NCBI GenBank assembly: GCA_018672285.1
Contig: JABHGC010000237.1
Coordinates: 17,883-81,882, forward strand
DNA: 64,000 nucleotides
Direction of reading: 5' to 3'
From: Methylococcales bacterium
GTDB taxonomy: Bacteria; Pseudomonadota; Gammaproteobacteria; JABHGC01
This document shows, piece after piece, positions 60,832 through 64,000 of this stretch (the first letter of the stretch is position 1; each line of letters begins with the position of its first letter). The notes beneath the pieces were generated by a model. It was not told the origin of the DNA. It did no database searches and worked only from the letters and a program-made list of their open reading frames with translations. The position numbers were made by a program, and so were the translations under genes.

Positions 60832-62847
60832 CTACTTAATTCTCATACCGGGTTGGGCCCCGTCATCAGGGCTTAAAATCCATAAGTCTTTTTTGCCTGG
60901 GCCTGCTGCTAGTACCATACCTTCTGATAAGCCAAAACGCATTTTGCGTGGGGCTAAGTTGGCAACCATGACGGTCATTTTGCCAATTAAATCTTCAGGG
61001 GCGTAAGCTGATTTAATGCCAGCAAAAACGTTTTTACTATCGCCACCAATATCCAGTGTGAGTTGGAGTAATTTGTTGGCGCCTTCAACATGCTGGGCAT
61101 CAACAATTTTAGCGACTCGTAAATCAATTTTGGCAAAATCATCAAAGCTAATTTCTGGGCTGAGTGGGTCTTTGCTTAATTCTGTTTCAGGTGCGCTATT
61201 TTCTGCCACTAAATCTTCCTTGGATGCATCCATCATTGCATCTATTTGTTTTGTATCAACCCGAGTCATCAGTGGTTTATAGGGCTCGATAGCATGGTCA
61301 AGTAGCATGGTTTGGCTATCTGACCATTGTTGTGTGGGCTCATTTAAAAAGGTGGCCACATTATCGGCCATCTGCGGCAAAATGGGCTTGAGGTAGATCA
61401 TTAATAAACGAAATAAATTAATGGCCGTACTGCAGACCGCATGCAAATGTTCGTCTGAGCCTTCTTGCTTGGCAATCACCCAGGGTTTTTCTGCATCAAT
61501 GTATTGGTTGGCTTTATCTGCTAGCGCAATGATATGGCGGCATGCTTTACTAAAATTGCGGCTTTCAAAATCGTTGGCGATCACGCTTTGTGCCGCTTGA
61601 AACTCTTCTACCAAGCTGGTGTCCGGTAAGCTTGCTGCAAGCTTGCCGTCAAAGCGTTTTTTAATAAAGCCACTACAGCGGCTCGCTATATTCACCACTT
61701 TATTGACTAAATCGGTATTCACTCGTTGGGCAAAATCTTCCATGTTAAGGTCAATATCATCAATTTTGGCAGTGAGTTTGGCGGCAAAGTAGTAACGCAA
61801 ATATTGTGGATTCAAGTGGTCTAGGTAGGTGCGGGCTTTAATGAACGTCCCACGAGACTTAGACATTTTGGCGCCATCAACGGTTAAAAAACCATGTGCA
61901 AAAATTGCGGTCGGGGTTCGTAAATTGGCACCATGCAGCATGGCAGGCCAAAATAACGAATGAAAGTAGATGATGTCTTTCCCAATAAAGTGGTAAAGCT
62001 CGTGTTCGCTATCGGCATTCCAGTAGTCATCAAAACTCAGCTCGCTTTGTTTACAGTAGGCTTTAAAGCTCGCCATGTAGCCGATGGGCGCATCTAGCCA
62101 AACGTAGAAAAATTTATCGGTGGTGCCTGGGATGTTGAACCCAAAGTAAGGCGCATCTCGGGAGATGTCCCAGTTTTTGAGCCCTTGTTCAAACCACTCA
62201 TTGAGTTTGTTGCTCATCTCTTCTTGGAGGTGACCACCTTGAGTCCAATTTTTAAGCATCGCTTCAAAGTCTTGGAGTTTGAAAAAGTAGTGCTCAGACT
62301 CTTTCTCTATGGGTTTGCTGCCTGAAACAGCTGAATAAGGGTTGATCAAATCGGTTGTGCTGTAGGTGGCACTGCATACTTCACAGCCATCACCATATTG
62401 ATCTTTTGCATGACACTTAGGGCACTCACCTTTTATAAAGCGATCAGGGAGGAACATTTCTTTTTCAGGGTCATACGCTTGGGTAATGGTTTTCTTTTCA
62501 ATATGACCGCCATCGTTAAGACGGTTGTACACCAGCTCAGAGAGTTCTTGGTTTTCACTGCTGTGAGTGGAGTGAAAAAAATCAAAGTTCACGCCGAAAT
62601 CTGCAAAATCTGTCTGATGCTCTTCACTGGACTTAGCAATTAGTGCCTCAGGTGTGACCCCTTCTTTTTGCGCTCGCAGCATAATGGGTGTGCCGTGCGT
62701 GTCATCAGCACAGACATAAGTGCACTCATGTCCTTGCATTTTTAGGTAGCGTACCCAGATGTCAGTTTGGATATATTCGACAAGGTGGCCAATATGAATA
62801 GAGCCATTGGCATAAGGGAGGGCACTGGTGACAAGAATTTTACGCAT
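60832..62847 (-). CDS. metG: Methionyl-tRNA synthetase
   Basis: HIGH and KMSKS motifs, Zn knuckle, C-terminal tRNA-binding domain. Confidence 0.98.
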   Translation of the reverse strand: MRKILVTSALPYANGSIHIGHLVEYIQTDIWVRYLKMQGHECTYVCADDTHGTPIMLRAQKEGVTPEALIAKSSEEHQTDFADFGVNFDFFHSTHSSENQELSELVYNRLNDGGHIEKKTITQAYDPEKEMFLPDRFIKGECPKCHAKDQYGDGCEVCSATYSTTDLINPYSAVSGSKPIEKESEHYFFKLQDFEAMLKNWTQGGHLQEEMSNKLNEWFEQGLKNWDISRDAPYFGFNIPGTTDKFFYVWLDAPIGYMASFKAYCKQSELSFDDYWNADSEHELYHFIGKDIIYFHSLFWPAMLHGANLRTPTAIFAHGFLTVDGAKMSKSRGTFIKARTYLDHLNPQYLRYYFAAKLTAKIDDIDLNMEDFAQRVNTDLVNKVVNIASRCSGFIKKRFDGKLAASLPDTSLVEEFQAAQSVIANDFESRNFSKACRHIIALADKANQYIDAEKPWVIAKQEGSDEHLHAVCSTAINLFRLLMIYLKPILPQMADNVATFLNEPTQQWSDSQTMLLDHAIEPYKPLMTRVDTKQIDAMMDASKEDLVAENSAPETELSKDPLSPEISFDDFAKIDLRVAKIVDAQHVEGANKLLQLTLDIGGDSKNVFAGIKSAYAPEDLIGKMTVMVANLAPRKMRFGLSEGMVLAAGPGKKDLWILSPDDGAQPGMRIK

Positions 62848-63068
62848 TTGAGTTTACCTGGACAATCGGACTATTTTGGAAGTGGCTAGGGTAACGAATT
62901 TATGGGTTGCTGGTAAAGGGGTGGTGTGGCCGTTGTTAGTGTCAGTTACCAACAAAACCCTGCAATCATCGGCGTATAAATATTACGGACACTAACGATT
63001 GCTTGGTGTAGAATCCGCTGCAGTGTTTAAGCACATGCGAACATAGTGTCTTTTGTAAGGAGTTTATG

Positions 63069-64000
63069 ATGGCTGACGTTACCCAGAGTCAAGTTGAAGC
63101 AGCAATTAAAGAATACATCGATCCATTTTCAGAAAAAGATTTGGTGGCGACAAAAGCCATTAAAAATATCGAAGTGAATGGCAGCGCCGTAAAGGTCAGT
63201 GTCACACTAGGCTATCCTGCTAAAAGCTTTGTTGAAACGCTGACTAATGAGTTAAAGAGTCGCATCGAGGGTATAGATGGTGTGGACTCTGCTGACATTT
63301 CAGTTGACTGGAAAATTGCAGCACATGCGGTGCAAAAGACCTTAAAGCCGATTGAAGGGGTTAAAAATATTATCGCTATTGCCTCTGGTAAAGGTGGTGT
63401 TGGTAAATCAACCACTGCCGTGAACTTAGCATTGGCACTCTCAGCTGAAGGCGCAACGGTTGGTATATTGGATGCGGATATTTATGGCCCAAGTCAGCCT
63501 CGTATGTTGGGTGTTGAAGGTGGCAAGCCTGAATCAGATGATGGTCAGACTTTAGAGCCAATGAACAGCTATCACATTCAGTCTATGTCTATCGGTTTCT
63601 TAATTGACGCTGAAACACCCATGATCTGGCGTGGCCCAATGGTAACGCAAGCATTAGAGCAGTTACTAAAAGACACCAAATGGCGTGATGTGGATTACTT
63701 AATTGTTGATTTACCACCAGGAACGGGTGATATCCAATTAACATTGGCGCAAAAAGTGCCTGTGAGTGGCGCTGTGATTGTGACTACACCTCAGGATATT
63801 GCCTTATTAGATGCTCGTAAGGGTCTAAAAATGTTCCAGAAAGTGGAAGTGCCTGTGTTAGGTATTGTTGAAAACATGAGCATTCATATTTGTAGTGAAT
63901 GTGGTCATGAAGAGCATATCTTTGGTCAAGGTGGCGGTATGGCGATGTCAGATGACTACGATGTGGATTTCTTGGGTGCTTTGCCTTTGGATATGTCCAT
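63069..64000 (+). CDS. apbC: Fe-S cluster carrier ApbC/Mrp (partial, runs off the window edge)
   Basis: Manual translation: MADVTQ...IAIASGKGGVGKSTTAVN...DADIYGPS...WRGPM...DLPPGTGD...ENMS..IC..CG; TAAGGAG Shine-Dalgarno; divergent from metG as usual. Confidence 0.95.
   Translation, partial: MADVTQSQVEAAIKEYIDPFSEKDLVATKAIKNIEVNGSAVKVSVTLGYPAKSFVETLTNELKSRIEGIDGVDSADISVDWKIAAHAVQKTLKPIEGVKNIIAIASGKGGVGKSTTAVNLALALSAEGATVGILDADIYGPSQPRMLGVEGGKPESDDGQTLEPMNSYHIQSMSIGFLIDAETPMIWRGPMVTQALEQLLKDTKWRDVDYLIVDLPPGTGDIQLTLAQKVPVSGAVIVTTPQDIALLDARKGLKMFQKVEVPVLGIVENMSIHICSECGHEEHIFGQGGGMAMSDDYDVDFLGALPLDMS

Noticed and set aside
55200-64000. apbC/metG-rsxABCDGE-nth-DUF1841 block
   Set aside because: Widely conserved gammaproteobacterial gene order; nothing unusual seen.

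Overview
Chromosomal window from a moderately AT-rich gammaproteobacterium. The two ends are core genome. Left (1-26 kb): lptC-kdsC-kdsD-yrbG, rppH, cpdA, argA/E/F/D/G, sodB, grxD, rnt, pyrC, aceEF-lpdA. Right (54.7-64 kb): nth, rsxABCDGE, metG, apbC. Between them is an accessory block of about 28 kb with six elements. (1) A membrane diguanylate cyclase with a perfect sigma28 promoter. (2) An ammonium transporter fused to a complete HAMP-PAS-polyHAMP-MCP chemoreceptor, preceded by NtrC-like half-sites. (3) A secreted chitinase that would join a GH18 and a plant-like GH19 catalytic domain in one chain, split by one extra G in a G8 run. (4) A signalling cluster of orphan periplasmic binding protein, NarL-type regulator, CheX-like protein, histidine kinase and GAF-GGDEF-EAL. 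(5) A DUF692 (MNIO) RiPP cluster whose secreted precursor has 12 SCG motifs, with DUF2063 and a DoxX gene broken by an in-frame TAG. (6) Two tandem paralogous filamentous-haemagglutinin-like giant proteins with a near-identical C-terminal tail ending in QACTP and no partner transporter in the window. No rRNA, tRNA, CRISPR array or transposase was recognised. All calls come from reading the sequence and recalled family motifs; no database searches were run.
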